From positions 20,958 through 84,957 of the forward strand of contig JALVUQ010000048.1 in NCBI GenBank assembly GCA_027035575.1: a stretch of DNA of 64,000 nt. The letters run 5' to 3'. This stretch comes from Desulfurellales bacterium (GTDB lineage Bacteria; Campylobacterota_A; Desulfurellia; Desulfurellales; Hippeaceae). The notes under the pieces were generated by a model. The model saw nothing but the letters and a program-made list of their open reading frames with translations, was not told the DNA's origin and did not search any database. Positions 44,678-54,037 of this stretch are shown here, one piece after another (the first letter of the stretch is position 1; every line of letters starts with the position of its first letter). A program made the translations under genes and the position numbers.

Positions 44678-45969
44678 AAGATTACACGGTAACTATTGTA
44701 GGGACAAACCACAACTACTGTGATATTGAAACAAGACAAAAGCTTGCATTTGAAAACGATACCCTTGATGTTTACCTAAAAACCTTAAAACGAATTAAAC
44801 ACATAAAAGAGGTTATGATACTTTCAACCTGCAACAGGGTTGAGGTTATATGCGTATCCGAAGAGCCGGTTGAAGAGAAGATAATAGAGTTCTTATCAGA
44901 CCATTCGGGGTTGAGCATTGAAGCACTGAAAGATATTCTTTATGTTAAAAAGAATATGGATGCCGTCAGACATATTTTTAAGGTTGCAAGCAGCCTTGAT
45001 TCTATGGTTGTGGGTGAGCCGCAGATTTTGGGTCAGATAAAAGAGGCATACAGATGGTCTGTTGAATTTATGACAAGCGGTGTTGTTATCAACAGAATAA
45101 TGCGCAGGGCGTTCCATACGGCAAAGGTTGTTAAAAGTAAAACGGATATAGCAAAAGGTGCCGTTAGTTTGGCGTATGCGGCTGTACTAAAAGCAAAGCA
45201 GAAAACCGATATTGTCAATAAGAAGATTTTGAATGTCGGTGCGGGAGAGATGAACAGGCTTGTTTGCGAACATTTCGAAGAGTTCGGCGCAAAAATAGCA
45301 TATATCGCAAACAGAACTAAAAAAAACGCTTTGGAGATTGCAGAAAAACATAAAGCCAAGGTCATAGGTTTAAAAGATATACCGAACGTGATTAGTGAGG
45401 TGGATATTGTTGTTACATCGACATCCTCGAAGCAGCCCGTTATAATGCGTGATTTTGTTAAAGATAAGGGAAAATTGCTGATTATTGATATGGCAGTGCC
45501 AAGAGACACCGAGGAGGGAATTGAGAAAGAAAACAGTGTGGATTTGGTATTGCTTGACGATTTGAAAAACGTTATAGACGAATCCGTGCGGTTTAGGAAC
45601 AGGCAGGCTGCAAAGGCTTTGAAAATTATAGAAGAAGAGCTTGAGGCATACAAAGAGTATGTAGAATCGCTGGATTACGATGAGATTATAAAAAAGCTGA
45701 GGATTATTGCCGAGCGGATAAGAAAAAAGGAACTCAACAGATTTAAAAAGATGTATAAAGACGATTTGGACGATGAGATACTTGAGGGAGTGGACAGGCT
45801 GACCCACTCGTTGATTAACAAGATACTGCACGAGCCCACGAGAAATATCAAATTGTTTATAGAGCACCCCGAGGGTGATATGTATGTTGAGCTTCTAAAA
45901 AGAATATTCAAGATTGAAAACGTAAAAAAGGATGTTAAATGCTTCTTTTCGGAAAACAGCTCAAAATAG
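44674..45969 (+). CDS. hemA: Glutamyl-tRNA reductase
   Basis: 431 aa with LSTCNRVEV (catalytic Cys), SLDSMVVGEPQILGQIK, and NADPH-binding VGAGEM. Confidence 0.93.
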   Translation: MKDYTVTIVGTNHNYCDIETRQKLAFENDTLDVYLKTLKRIKHIKEVMILSTCNRVEVICVSEEPVEEKIIEFLSDHSGLSIEALKDILYVKKNMDAVRHIFKVASSLDSMVVGEPQILGQIKEAYRWSVEFMTSGVVINRIMRRAFHTAKVVKSKTDIAKGAVSLAYAAVLKAKQKTDIVNKKILNVGAGEMNRLVCEHFEEFGAKIAYIANRTKKNALEIAEKHKAKVIGLKDIPNVISEVDIVVTSTSSKQPVIMRDFVKDKGKLLIIDMAVPRDTEEGIEKENSVDLVLLDDLKNVIDESVRFRNRQAAKALKIIEEELEAYKEYVESLDYDEIIKKLRIIAERIRKKELNRFKKMYKDDLDDEILEGVDRLTHSLINKILHEPTRNIKLFIEHPEGDMYVELLKRIFKIENVKKDVKCFFSENSSK

Positions 45970-46823
45970 GCACAAGGGGCTCAAAGCTTGCCCTGTGGCA
46001 AGCAAATTTTATTAAGGAAAAACTTGCAGAACTTAATATTGAATGTGAGATTGTGCCGATAAAGACAGAGGGAGACAAAATAAAATCCCCTCTTTATGAG
46101 CTTGGCGGTAAGGGGCTGTTTATCAAGGAGATAGAAAAAGCGCTGCTTGAGGGAGTAGTTGATATAGCCGTGCACAGTCTTAAAGATATGAGTGTATTTA
46201 AGTCTGAGGAGTTTGATTTTGTAACACTTAGGCGTGATGATTGGAGAGATGCGTTTGTGTCGTTTCAAGGCGGTGTTTTTGATATAAAGAAGGGAGCAAC
46301 TGTCGGAACAACCTCCCTAAGACGCAGAAGCGAGTTGTACAGACTTAGAGAGGATTTTGAATTTGTGGATTTAAGGGGGAACCTCGATACCCGTCTTAAA
46401 AAGTTGAAGGACGGCGAAGTGGATGCCGTAGTTGTATCCAAAGCCGGTCTATTGCGCTTGGGGGTGCTTGATTCTACCTATATGTATGAGCTTGAGTCTG
46501 TTGTTCCTGCCGCCGGGCAGGGTATAATAGCCGTCGAGTTTTTGAAAGAGTCGCGTTACGGTGAGTATATCAGAAAATTAGAGGATGAAAAGACAAGAAT
46601 TTGTTCAGATTGTGAAAGGAGTTTTGTTGAGCAGATGAACGCTTCGTGTAACTATCCCATAGGGGCTCACGCCTTTTTTGCTAAGGAGAGTTTTTGTATG
46701 GATGTTATGTTCGGATTCCCGAATGATATAACAAAAAATATAAGGTTTTCTTGCTGCTCGGCAAGCGTTTTGGAAACGTTGAACAGATGCGTGTATGAAG
46801 TTTCAAAGGCTGTGAAAAGATGA
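45939..46823 (+). CDS. hemC: Hydroxymethylbilane synthase (porphobilinogen deaminase)
   Basis: 294 aa with KIGTRGSKLALWQA, VHSLKDM and GNLDTRLKKL motifs. The annotated ATG overlaps hemA by 31 nt, so the start is somewhat uncertain. Confidence 0.9.
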   Translation: MLLFGKQLKIGTRGSKLALWQANFIKEKLAELNIECEIVPIKTEGDKIKSPLYELGGKGLFIKEIEKALLEGVVDIAVHSLKDMSVFKSEEFDFVTLRRDDWRDAFVSFQGGVFDIKKGATVGTTSLRRRSELYRLREDFEFVDLRGNLDTRLKKLKDGEVDAVVVSKAGLLRLGVLDSTYMYELESVVPAAGQGIIAVEFLKESRYGEYIRKLEDEKTRICSDCERSFVEQMNASCNYPIGAHAFFAKESFCMDVMFGFPNDITKNIRFSCCSASVLETLNRCVYEVSKAVKR

Positions 46824-47677
46824 GAATAGGCGTATCGAACAACCTGCCGCTTAAATATTTCCCCTATCTTGAAGATAGTGTGAGAGCTTTAAAAAACGTT
46901 CACAGAAAGTTTTTGTTGAAGTGTAAAACCTTACAAAGAAAAGACGCAAACATAGTGTTAAGCGGCGGTTTTAGCGGGGTTGACATCTCTTTTCAGTTTG
47001 ATAAAAGGTTGAAAAACAGACCCAAGATTCTGTTTAGCGCAAACAGAGAGGATTTAATCGGATATATTTCTATGTACGATTCGGAGTTGGACATCTATCC
47101 CGTTGATTCTTTGGATTTTAGAGGTATTGATTTTGTTGTGGATGATAACTACTGTTGGGTTGTGTTTGTCAGCAAAAGGGCTGTGGATTTTTTCTTTAAC
47201 AAGGTCAATTCCCGTTTTTTCTGTTCAAAAAGGATTGCCGCTGTCGGCAGCAAAACGGCTCAAAGGTTAAGCGAATACGGATTTAAAATGGACTACGTCC
47301 CAGAAGATTTCTATGCCGATTCTTTGATAGAGTTTTTAAAAGACAAAGAGAGGGTGCTGGTGGTGGCTCCCGTTAAATACAATAAGGCGTTTGATGAACT
47401 TAAAAATATTAAGGTTTTGCCTGTTTATGAGAATATTATTCCTGCAACAATATCTTACTACAAATACGAAAATGTCGAGTTTGATTTCGGACTGTTTACA
47501 TCACCCAGTGCGTTTTGGCACATTAAGGAGGCTTTCGGCAGCTTTGATTTTGCCAAAAGGATTAAAAAGATTGTTGCAATAGGAAAAACGACAAAAAATT
47601 ATATAGAATCTTGCGGTTTTGAAGCACATATACCGCAGCAAGCGACAATTGCCGATATGTTTAAGTATATTAAGTAA
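46820..47677 (+). CDS. hemD: Uroporphyrinogen-III synthase with an unassigned N-terminal extension (roughly 65 aa)
   Basis: A HemD-like pattern begins around KILFSANRED. VFVSKRAVDFFF, AAVGSKTAQRL and IGKTTKNYIESCGF are present. ATGA overlap with the hemC stop. Confidence 0.75.
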   Translation: MRIGVSNNLPLKYFPYLEDSVRALKNVHRKFLLKCKTLQRKDANIVLSGGFSGVDISFQFDKRLKNRPKILFSANREDLIGYISMYDSELDIYPVDSLDFRGIDFVVDDNYCWVVFVSKRAVDFFFNKVNSRFFCSKRIAAVGSKTAQRLSEYGFKMDYVPEDFYADSLIEFLKDKERVLVVAPVKYNKAFDELKNIKVLPVYENIIPATISYYKYENVEFDFGLFTSPSAFWHIKEAFGSFDFAKRIKKIVAIGKTTKNYIESCGFEAHIPQQATIADMFKYIK

Positions 47678-47686
47678 GGGGTAGGT

Positions 47687-48502
47687 ATGGAAGATTTTAA
47701 AAGGCTTGAGGAGATAGCAAAAACAATCAGGAGAAATATTTTAACTATGCTCAATAAAGCAGGAAGCGGACACAGCGGCGGCTCGTTGAGTATTACCGAT
47801 ATTTTGGTTGCGCTCTATTTCGGCGGTATTATGAAATACGATGCTAAAAGACCAAACTGGGAGGATAGAGACAGGCTTGTGCTTTCAAAAGGGCACGCCT
47901 GTCCGGCTCTTTATGCCACGTTGGCTGAAGTCGGATTTTTCGACAAGGAGCTTTTGTGGACGCTAAGGCAGCTGGGTTCGCCTCTTCAGGGGCATCCGGA
48001 TTCCAAAAAACTGCCCGGTATTGAAGCTTCAACGGGCTCTTTGGGCAACGGCATATCTCAGGCTGTCGGAATGGCTTTGGCTGCGAGGGTGTTGAAAAAA
48101 AAATACAATGTGTTTTGCATAGTGGGAGACGGGGAGATGCAGGAGGGGCTTGTTTATGAAGCCCTGATGGCTGCGGGACACTATAAACTCTCGAATCTCA
48201 TAGTTATAGTGGATAACAACGGACTGCAGATAGACGGTCAATGTAAAGACGTAATGAATATCTATCCTTTGAAAGAGAAGTTTGAAGCTTTTAATTTCAG
48301 AACGTATGAGATGAGCGGGCATATCTATAAAAATATTATGGATACGCTTACCACGGCAAAAAGAAACGTTGTCAGTCCGACCGCTGTTATAGCAAGAACC
48401 GTGAAGGGTATGGGCGTGTCTTTTATGGAAAACAGGGTTGAATATCACGGTGTTGCGCCCTCTGATGAAGAGTTGGAGAAAGCGCTCAAGGAGTTGGAAT
48501 AA
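47687..48502 (+). CDS. Transketolase, N-terminal (TPP pyrophosphate-binding) subunit
   Basis: 271 aa with GSGHSGGSLSITDIL, LSKGH and GDGEMQEG...DNNGLQIDG motifs. Confidence 0.9.
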   Translation: MEDFKRLEEIAKTIRRNILTMLNKAGSGHSGGSLSITDILVALYFGGIMKYDAKRPNWEDRDRLVLSKGHACPALYATLAEVGFFDKELLWTLRQLGSPLQGHPDSKKLPGIEASTGSLGNGISQAVGMALAARVLKKKYNVFCIVGDGEMQEGLVYEALMAAGHYKLSNLIVIVDNNGLQIDGQCKDVMNIYPLKEKFEAFNFRTYEMSGHIYKNIMDTLTTAKRNVVSPTAVIARTVKGMGVSFMENRVEYHGVAPSDEELEKALKELE

Positions 48503-49428
48503 TGGAGAAGAAAGCTACAAGAGAAGCATACGGAAAAGCACTGATTGAAATAGGAAAAGACGAAAAGGTTGTTGTTCTGGATGCCGATTTGTCAGGCTCA
48601 ACCAAATCGTCTGAATTTAAGAAGGTTTATCCCGATAGATTTTTTAATATGGGCATAGCCGAATCGAATATGGTGGATGTTGCCGCGGGGATGGCGTTGA
48701 GCGGATTGAAGCCTTATGCCTCATCTTTTGCCGTATTTATATCGGGGAGGGCTTTTGAACCTGTGAGACAGTCAATATGCTATCAGAACTTAAATGTCGT
48801 TTTATGCGGCTCTCATTCGGGGATTAGTGTAGGAGAAGACGGTGGTTCTCACCAGGCAATAGCTGACATTTCGCTTATGCGCTCTCTGCCCAATATGAAG
48901 GTTTTTGTACCGGCTGATTATAACGAAGCCTACAACATTGTTTTGGCAACAGTTAAGATGGAAGGTCCTGTCTATATAAGGACATCAAGGGCAAAATCTC
49001 CGATTATTACAGAGGATAAAAATTTTGAAAGCGGAAAAGCTGCCGTACTAAAAAGCGGAAACGATGTCAGTTTGATAGCCTGCGGTATGATGAGCTATAT
49101 TGCCCTTGAAGCCGCTTTATTGCTTAAACAAGACGGTATCGATGTTGAGGTTATCAATTCTCCTTCAATCAAACCGCTTGATGAAGAAACCGTATATAAG
49201 AGTGCAAAAAAGACCAAGAGGGTCTTTACGATAGAGGAGCACTCCGTAATAGGGGGGCTTGGGTCAGCCGTCAGTGAGTTTTTATCTGAAAATTTGCCGG
49301 TTTATGTTCATAAAATAGGTATTGAGGATACATTCGGAGAATCGGGAACAAAAGACGATCTGTTCTGCAAGTTCGGTTTCACAAAGGAAGCCGTTGCCAA
49401 AAGAATAAAAGACAGGTTGAATGGTTGA
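48502..49428 (+). CDS. Transketolase, C-terminal (pyrimidine-binding) subunit
   Basis: 308 aa with FNMGIAESNMVDVAAGMA and EEHSVIGGLGSAV motifs. The start overlaps the stop of the N-terminal subunit by 1 nt. Confidence 0.9.
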   Translation: MEKKATREAYGKALIEIGKDEKVVVLDADLSGSTKSSEFKKVYPDRFFNMGIAESNMVDVAAGMALSGLKPYASSFAVFISGRAFEPVRQSICYQNLNVVLCGSHSGISVGEDGGSHQAIADISLMRSLPNMKVFVPADYNEAYNIVLATVKMEGPVYIRTSRAKSPIITEDKNFESGKAAVLKSGNDVSLIACGMMSYIALEAALLLKQDGIDVEVINSPSIKPLDEETVYKSAKKTKRVFTIEEHSVIGGLGSAVSEFLSENLPVYVHKIGIEDTFGESGTKDDLFCKFGFTKEAVAKRIKDRLNG

Positions 49429-50050
49429 ATTTATAGAAGTTGTTAAAACATTCGGCAAAAATAGAGTGCTTGACGGTGTGAATTTTCGTATTGCCTCAAA
49501 CACGATTAATCAAATAGTCGGAGACCAGTCCACAGGGAAAAGCACAATCTTAAAGATGATATACGGAGCTGTAAAGCCAGACAGCGGCTACATACGTGTT
49601 TTCGATTCCAACGTATCGGATTTAAGTTATTCAGGCGTCGTTCTGCTTAGGCGATACATAGGGATTATTTTTGAGGATATCAGACTTATTAAGGATTTGA
49701 CGGTCAAGGAAAATATCTCTGTTGTCACAAAAATGACAAAGAGAAATCTCTATATTTCCGAAGATATTTTCGACAGGCTGTCTATCGGTTATCTGCTTGA
49801 TAAATATCCCGAAGAGCTTTCTTTAAGCGAGCAGTCTTTGGTAAATATTGCAAGGGGAATAGTGTTTAATTTTCCGCTTGTTTTGGCGGATGAGCCGTTG
49901 AGATACCTGTCTTTGCAGTATAAACAAAGAGTGATAGAGCTGTTTAAGTTTTTAAACAAAGAGAAGGGAATAACATTTCTTATAACTTCCCAGTCAGTTT
50001 TGGATGAAGAGTTTAATATCGTGGATGTGAATTTAAATGAAAAAAGATAA
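49421..50050 (+). CDS. ftsE: FtsE-like ABC ATPase with degenerate catalytic motifs
   Basis: 209 aa immediately upstream of ftsX. Walker A GDQSTGKST and Walker B LVLADEP are retained. The Q-loop reads IFED, the signature reads LSLSEQ, and the H-loop position reads TSQS. Confidence 0.75.
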   Translation: MVEFIEVVKTFGKNRVLDGVNFRIASNTINQIVGDQSTGKSTILKMIYGAVKPDSGYIRVFDSNVSDLSYSGVVLLRRYIGIIFEDIRLIKDLTVKENISVVTKMTKRNLYISEDIFDRLSIGYLLDKYPEELSLSEQSLVNIARGIVFNFPLVLADEPLRYLSLQYKQRVIELFKFLNKEKGITFLITSQSVLDEEFNIVDVNLNEKR

Positions 50051-50870
50051 TGTAGGTATTGCGTTTTTCTTTGTTGTTATAGCCTTTGTGTTGACTATGA
50101 GCATATTGATGAGCATATTTTTGGGCATAAATCGCTATATGCTTGAAAAAAAATCCAACATTCCCATGTATGTTTTCTGCCTGCCTACGGCTGATAGAGC
50201 GTCTGTCGAGGCGCTTGCGAATAAGCTTGAGCAGAAAAACGGCGTAATTAAGGTTACAATAATAGACAAACAACAGGCTTTTAAGGAGATGGTCAATAAG
50301 TTTTCCATAGACAAAAGCCTGTTTGACAAAAACCCGTTTCCCTACTCCATAGAGCTGTTTTTTCAACCCGGATATACAAATATAAAACACTTCAAGGAGT
50401 TTAGGAAAAACCTATCCAAAAACTCCATAGTTAGCGACATAAGGTACCCCGAGAAGATTTTACTCGATACGCAGCAGGTGTTTTCAAAGATGTTGGTGTT
50501 AAGCGAGGTACTGTTCTTTATTTTATACGCAGTTGAATTTGTGGTTTTTATCTCCATTATAACCGTGCTCTACTCTCATAAAAAGCACGATTTTAACACG
50601 CTCAAATTTTTGGGTATCAGGCGTTTGAAGATACTGTCTATGTTTTTAAAAAGAACGCTGCTGCCGGCACTCTCGGCGAGTGCTGCCTCTGTTATTTTAA
50701 TTATAGCCATATATTTTTTGTACGATAAATATGCAAATATCTACTACATAAATAAGGAGCTTTTTAAAAGTTCATTGAAAATGACGTTTGCCTTAAATGT
50801 TGTTGTCGGACTGATTTTTACACTTTTTGCCTCTTTCTTTGTTTTTTTGGTTAACGATGAGAAGGTTTAG
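50037..50870 (+). CDS. ftsX: Cell division permease-like protein FtsX
   Basis: 277 aa. One N-terminal TM, a periplasmic domain (VKVTIIDKQQAFKEMVNKF), then three C-terminal TM segments. Overlaps ftsE by 14 nt. Confidence 0.85.
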   Translation: MKKDNVGIAFFFVVIAFVLTMSILMSIFLGINRYMLEKKSNIPMYVFCLPTADRASVEALANKLEQKNGVIKVTIIDKQQAFKEMVNKFSIDKSLFDKNPFPYSIELFFQPGYTNIKHFKEFRKNLSKNSIVSDIRYPEKILLDTQQVFSKMLVLSEVLFFILYAVEFVVFISIITVLYSHKKHDFNTLKFLGIRRLKILSMFLKRTLLPALSASAASVILIIAIYFLYDKYANIYYINKELFKSSLKMTFALNVVVGLIFTLFASFFVFLVNDEKV

Positions 50871-52053
50871 TGTTTTTATCGCTTTAGCCTCGCTTCTGTT
50901 TGCTTTAAATGCCAACGGACTGAACAAACACTACATTGAAAACAGAATTCAAAACGTTAAAGCTGCCATTAAAAAGAAAAAAGAGGGCTATCTGAAACTC
51001 AGAGCTCAATATGTTAAACTGATTGGACAGACTAAAAAAACAAAGCAAGATATAGAGATTTTGAAAAAAAAGATAAGCAAAAACAGACGGGGGCTTTCTG
51101 TTCTTAACAAAAAAATAGAGGCTTTAGGGGCAGATATAGGTTCGATAAGCAAACAACTGACGGCTCAAAAAAATGAGCTCTACAGAGAGTTCGACGAATA
51201 CTACAAATATTCTATGACAAGCGGTTACTATAAAAAAGGCGTCTGGTATGAGTATATGAACTCGTATATAATCAAGTATATGCAAAATAAGATTAAAAGA
51301 TATGTCTCGCAAAGACTGTATTTAAAAAACAGATTGGATACACTAAAGCAGTACATAGAAAGAAAAAAGAAGATTTTGAATAAAATACAGACTCAACAAC
51401 ACGCTCTAAAAAGGCAGGTTGCCAGGCTGTCGTTTTTAACAAAAGAGTCGTTGAAAAAAAGGCAGAGTTACTTAAATCAGATAAAACGGCTTAGTTTGGA
51501 GCAGGACAGACTGCAAGGCATTTTAAAAAATATCATCGAACAGGAACAAAAAAGGGCTGCGGAGGCAGCAAGAAAGAGGGCTGAGAGACTAAAACACAAC
51601 AAAACAAAACCGAAAATAGTGACTATGCCCTCAACAAGCAAAGTCACAGCCCATAGCATAAAAAGAAGCTTTAAAGGATTGTTAAAACCGCCTGTTGTAG
51701 GAAAAATTGTTGACACTTTTGGAAAAAAATATGATACTCTAACAAGGGTTACAACACGCAACGACGGAATTGATATTAAAGCTGCAAAAGGTCGGTGCGT
51801 CAGGGCTGTTTATCTTGGCAGGGTTGATTATGTAGGTAATCTTGCGGGCTACGGCGGAGTGATTATAATCAACCATCTAAACGGCTACTACACCGTTTAC
51901 GGCGGCGTAAAACCGAAGGTTAAAGTGGGAGAGAGTGTGAAAACGCAGGAGTGCATAGGTGTAATGCAAAGCGATAGGCTGCATTTTGAGCTAAGAAAAC
52001 ACGCCGAAGCCATCAATCCTTTAAAACTTTTGAACAGGAGGTTTTTAAGATAA
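50857..52053 (+). CDS. envC: EnvC-like murein hydrolase activator (coiled coil plus degenerate LytM/M23 domain)
   Basis: Signal peptide MRRFSVFIALASLLFALNANG, a long K/Q/E/L-rich coiled-coil region, and a C-terminal M23-like domain with NDGID and RLHFE in place of the metal-binding HxxxD and HxH. The ATG at 50857 is preferred to the track start at 50827. Confidence 0.75.
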   Translation: MRRFSVFIALASLLFALNANGLNKHYIENRIQNVKAAIKKKKEGYLKLRAQYVKLIGQTKKTKQDIEILKKKISKNRRGLSVLNKKIEALGADIGSISKQLTAQKNELYREFDEYYKYSMTSGYYKKGVWYEYMNSYIIKYMQNKIKRYVSQRLYLKNRLDTLKQYIERKKKILNKIQTQQHALKRQVARLSFLTKESLKKRQSYLNQIKRLSLEQDRLQGILKNIIEQEQKRAAEAARKRAERLKHNKTKPKIVTMPSTSKVTAHSIKRSFKGLLKPPVVGKIVDTFGKKYDTLTRVTTRNDGIDIKAAKGRCVRAVYLGRVDYVGNLAGYGGVIIINHLNGYYTVYGGVKPKVKVGESVKTQECIGVMQSDRLHFELRKHAEAINPLKLLNRRFLR

Positions 52054-52055
52054 TT

Positions 52056-53309
52056 ATGAGAAAAATATTGGTAGTCTTGTTGTTTGTTGTTGTGGGTTAT
52101 AATTCCGCTTTTGCAAGCACAGTGAATATAAATAAGTATGAGAAGCTGAAAATTTTTGCAAGGGTAATGGCAATTATAGACAACAACTACGTGGATAAGG
52201 TGAACAACGTCAAGCTGATTGACAGTGCCATTAAAGGTATGGTCAGCTCGCTTGACCCGCACTCCTCGTATATGACAAAAGACGAATACAAAGAGCTCAA
52301 GGTCGTTACAACGGGGAAATTCGGCGGATTGGGCATAGAGATAACGCTAAAAGACGGTGTTTTGACTGTTGTGGCACCTATTGAGGATACGCCTGCATAT
52401 AAAGCGGGATTGAAATCCAAAGATATGATAATAAAAATTAACGGCAAGAGTACGCTCGGTATGAGTCTTCAGGACGCCGTAAAGATACTGCGCGGGAAGC
52501 CGGGCACCAAGGTTACGCTGACAATTCTAAGAAAGAAACAGGCAAAGCCTTTTGACGTTACGATAACAAGGGCTATTATTCACGTCAAAAGCGTTAAGTA
52601 TAAAAAAATCGGCAGTATAGGATATCTAAGGATAGCCCAGTTCCAGCAGGGAACGACTCAGGAGGTAAAAAATGCACTCAATAAACTTAAAAACATCAAA
52701 GGTCTTGTTATAGATTTAAGAAACAACCCCGGAGGTTTGCTGCAGGAAGCTATCGGAGTGAGCGATTTGTTTGTCAAACAGGGCGTTATCGTTTCCATAA
52801 GGGGACGCAATAAAGATGACACGCAATATTTTTATGCTAATGACGACGGCAACGAGCCCACATATCCTATAGTTGTGCTTATAAACTCGGGAACAGCATC
52901 GGCTGCGGAAATTGTTTCCGGCTGTTTAAAGGATGACAAGAGAGCAATAATAATGGGTGTAAGAAGCTTCGGAAAAGGTAGTGTTCAGTCTATCATCCCG
53001 CTTTCGGACGGCTCCGCTTTGAGGCTTACGACAGCAAGATACTACACGCCGAGCGGCAGAAGTATTCAAGCAATAGGTATCGAGCCGGATGTTGTTGTAA
53101 AACAGGCAAAATTGACAGAAGAAGCAAATACATACACATTAAGAGAGCAGGACCTTGCACACCATTTGATAGGACCTAAAAGCTCAAAGGCGGAGTACAG
53201 CAAGCAGGATATAGAGAAGATGTTGAAAAACGACTATCAACTATTGAGAGCCGTTCAATTGACTAAGGCGTTGGTGAAGGCTGAAAATATAGTATGTCGA
53301 AAAAAATAG
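52056..53309 (+). CDS. ctpA: Carboxy-terminal processing peptidase (S41 family, PDZ domain)
   Basis: 417 aa. Signal peptide, PDZ (GGLGIEITLKDGVLTVVAPIEDTPAYKAGL), S41 core (LRNNPGGLL, NSGTASAAEI, FGKGSVQ). Confidence 0.88.
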   Translation: MRKILVVLLFVVVGYNSAFASTVNINKYEKLKIFARVMAIIDNNYVDKVNNVKLIDSAIKGMVSSLDPHSSYMTKDEYKELKVVTTGKFGGLGIEITLKDGVLTVVAPIEDTPAYKAGLKSKDMIIKINGKSTLGMSLQDAVKILRGKPGTKVTLTILRKKQAKPFDVTITRAIIHVKSVKYKKIGSIGYLRIAQFQQGTTQEVKNALNKLKNIKGLVIDLRNNPGGLLQEAIGVSDLFVKQGVIVSIRGRNKDDTQYFYANDDGNEPTYPIVVLINSGTASAAEIVSGCLKDDKRAIIMGVRSFGKGSVQSIIPLSDGSALRLTTARYYTPSGRSIQAIGIEPDVVVKQAKLTEEANTYTLREQDLAHHLIGPKSSKAEYSKQDIEKMLKNDYQLLRAVQLTKALVKAENIVCRKK

Positions 53310-54037
53310 CCGTTATTTTTATCTTATTTTTCACCTTTTTTTGCTTCAGTGGGGCATATGCGGCTACGTCAACCCGGATTTTAAAGAAGAAACTTTCGAT
53401 AATTATTGACGATATGGGATATGACAGATATGTTGCCGATAAGTTTATGTCTTTACAACTGCCTTTGGCATTTTCTTTTTTGCCGGATGCACCGTTGACG
53501 CCGCAACTTGCAAGGGAGTTTGATAAAAGGGGCTATACTGTTATGATACATATGCCCTCTCAGCCGCTTGACTATCCGAAAGATAATCCCGGCAAAAACG
53601 CCATCTATGTTACAACCTCCAAAAAAAGGACAATGTTTTTGTTGCATAGGGCGTTTAAAATAATACCCGAAGCTATGGGCTTGAATAATCATATGGGCTC
53701 AAGAATTCTTTTGGATAAGACGCATCTTTCCTATATTATGGAGTTTTTAAGGGCAAATCATCTGTTTTTTGTTGACAGTGCAACTGTGAAAAACAGCTTG
53801 GGATGTACGGAGGCAAGAAGGTTTAACGTGCTGTGCGCAAGAAGAAGGGTGTTTCTTGATAATAAAAAAAACGTAGTTTATATAAAACATCAATTAAACA
53901 TAGCTTTGGAGATGCTCAAACGAAGAAACAGTGTTGTTGCCATAGGACACTGCAATATAAACACATACAGGGCTATAAGAGAGATGTCTGCAAAGCTCAA
54001 ACCCTATCTTGTTGACATAGAATATGTGATAAAATGA
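53294..54037 (+). CDS. Divergent polysaccharide deacetylase family protein (YibQ-like)
   Basis: 247 aa with a signal peptide and LSIIIDDMGYD, LPLAFSFLP and HMPSQP motifs. Located downstream of envC, as yibQ is in E. coli. Confidence 0.78.
   Translation: MSKKIAVIFILFFTFFCFSGAYAATSTRILKKKLSIIIDDMGYDRYVADKFMSLQLPLAFSFLPDAPLTPQLAREFDKRGYTVMIHMPSQPLDYPKDNPGKNAIYVTTSKKRTMFLLHRAFKIIPEAMGLNNHMGSRILLDKTHLSYIMEFLRANHLFFVDSATVKNSLGCTEARRFNVLCARRRVFLDNKKNVVYIKHQLNIALEMLKRRNSVVAIGHCNINTYRAIREMSAKLKPYLVDIEYVIK

Noticed and set aside
45033-45653. Long antisense or alternative-frame ORFs nested in conserved genes. Examples: 45033-45653(-) in hemA, 42999-43520(-) in gyrA, 6786-7262(-) and 7728-8198(-) in rpoD, 12465-12953(-) in nuoI, 4295-4837(+) opposite ssb/rpsF, 3383-3829(+) opposite rplI, 36792-37142(-) opposite dnaN, 48029-48448(-) in transketolase.
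   Set aside because: All are low-complexity S/L/F/I-rich translations lying entirely inside strongly recognisable genes on the other strand or frame. None has start-site signals. This is the expected by-product of purine-rich sense strands, which leave stop-poor antisense frames.
47687-49428. Transketolase appears as two ORFs, which could be read as a frameshifted pseudogene.
   Set aside because: The break falls exactly at the domain boundary, with a 1-nt stop/start overlap, and both halves are complete. Split N- and C-terminal transketolase subunits are a well-known arrangement in many bacteria and archaea.
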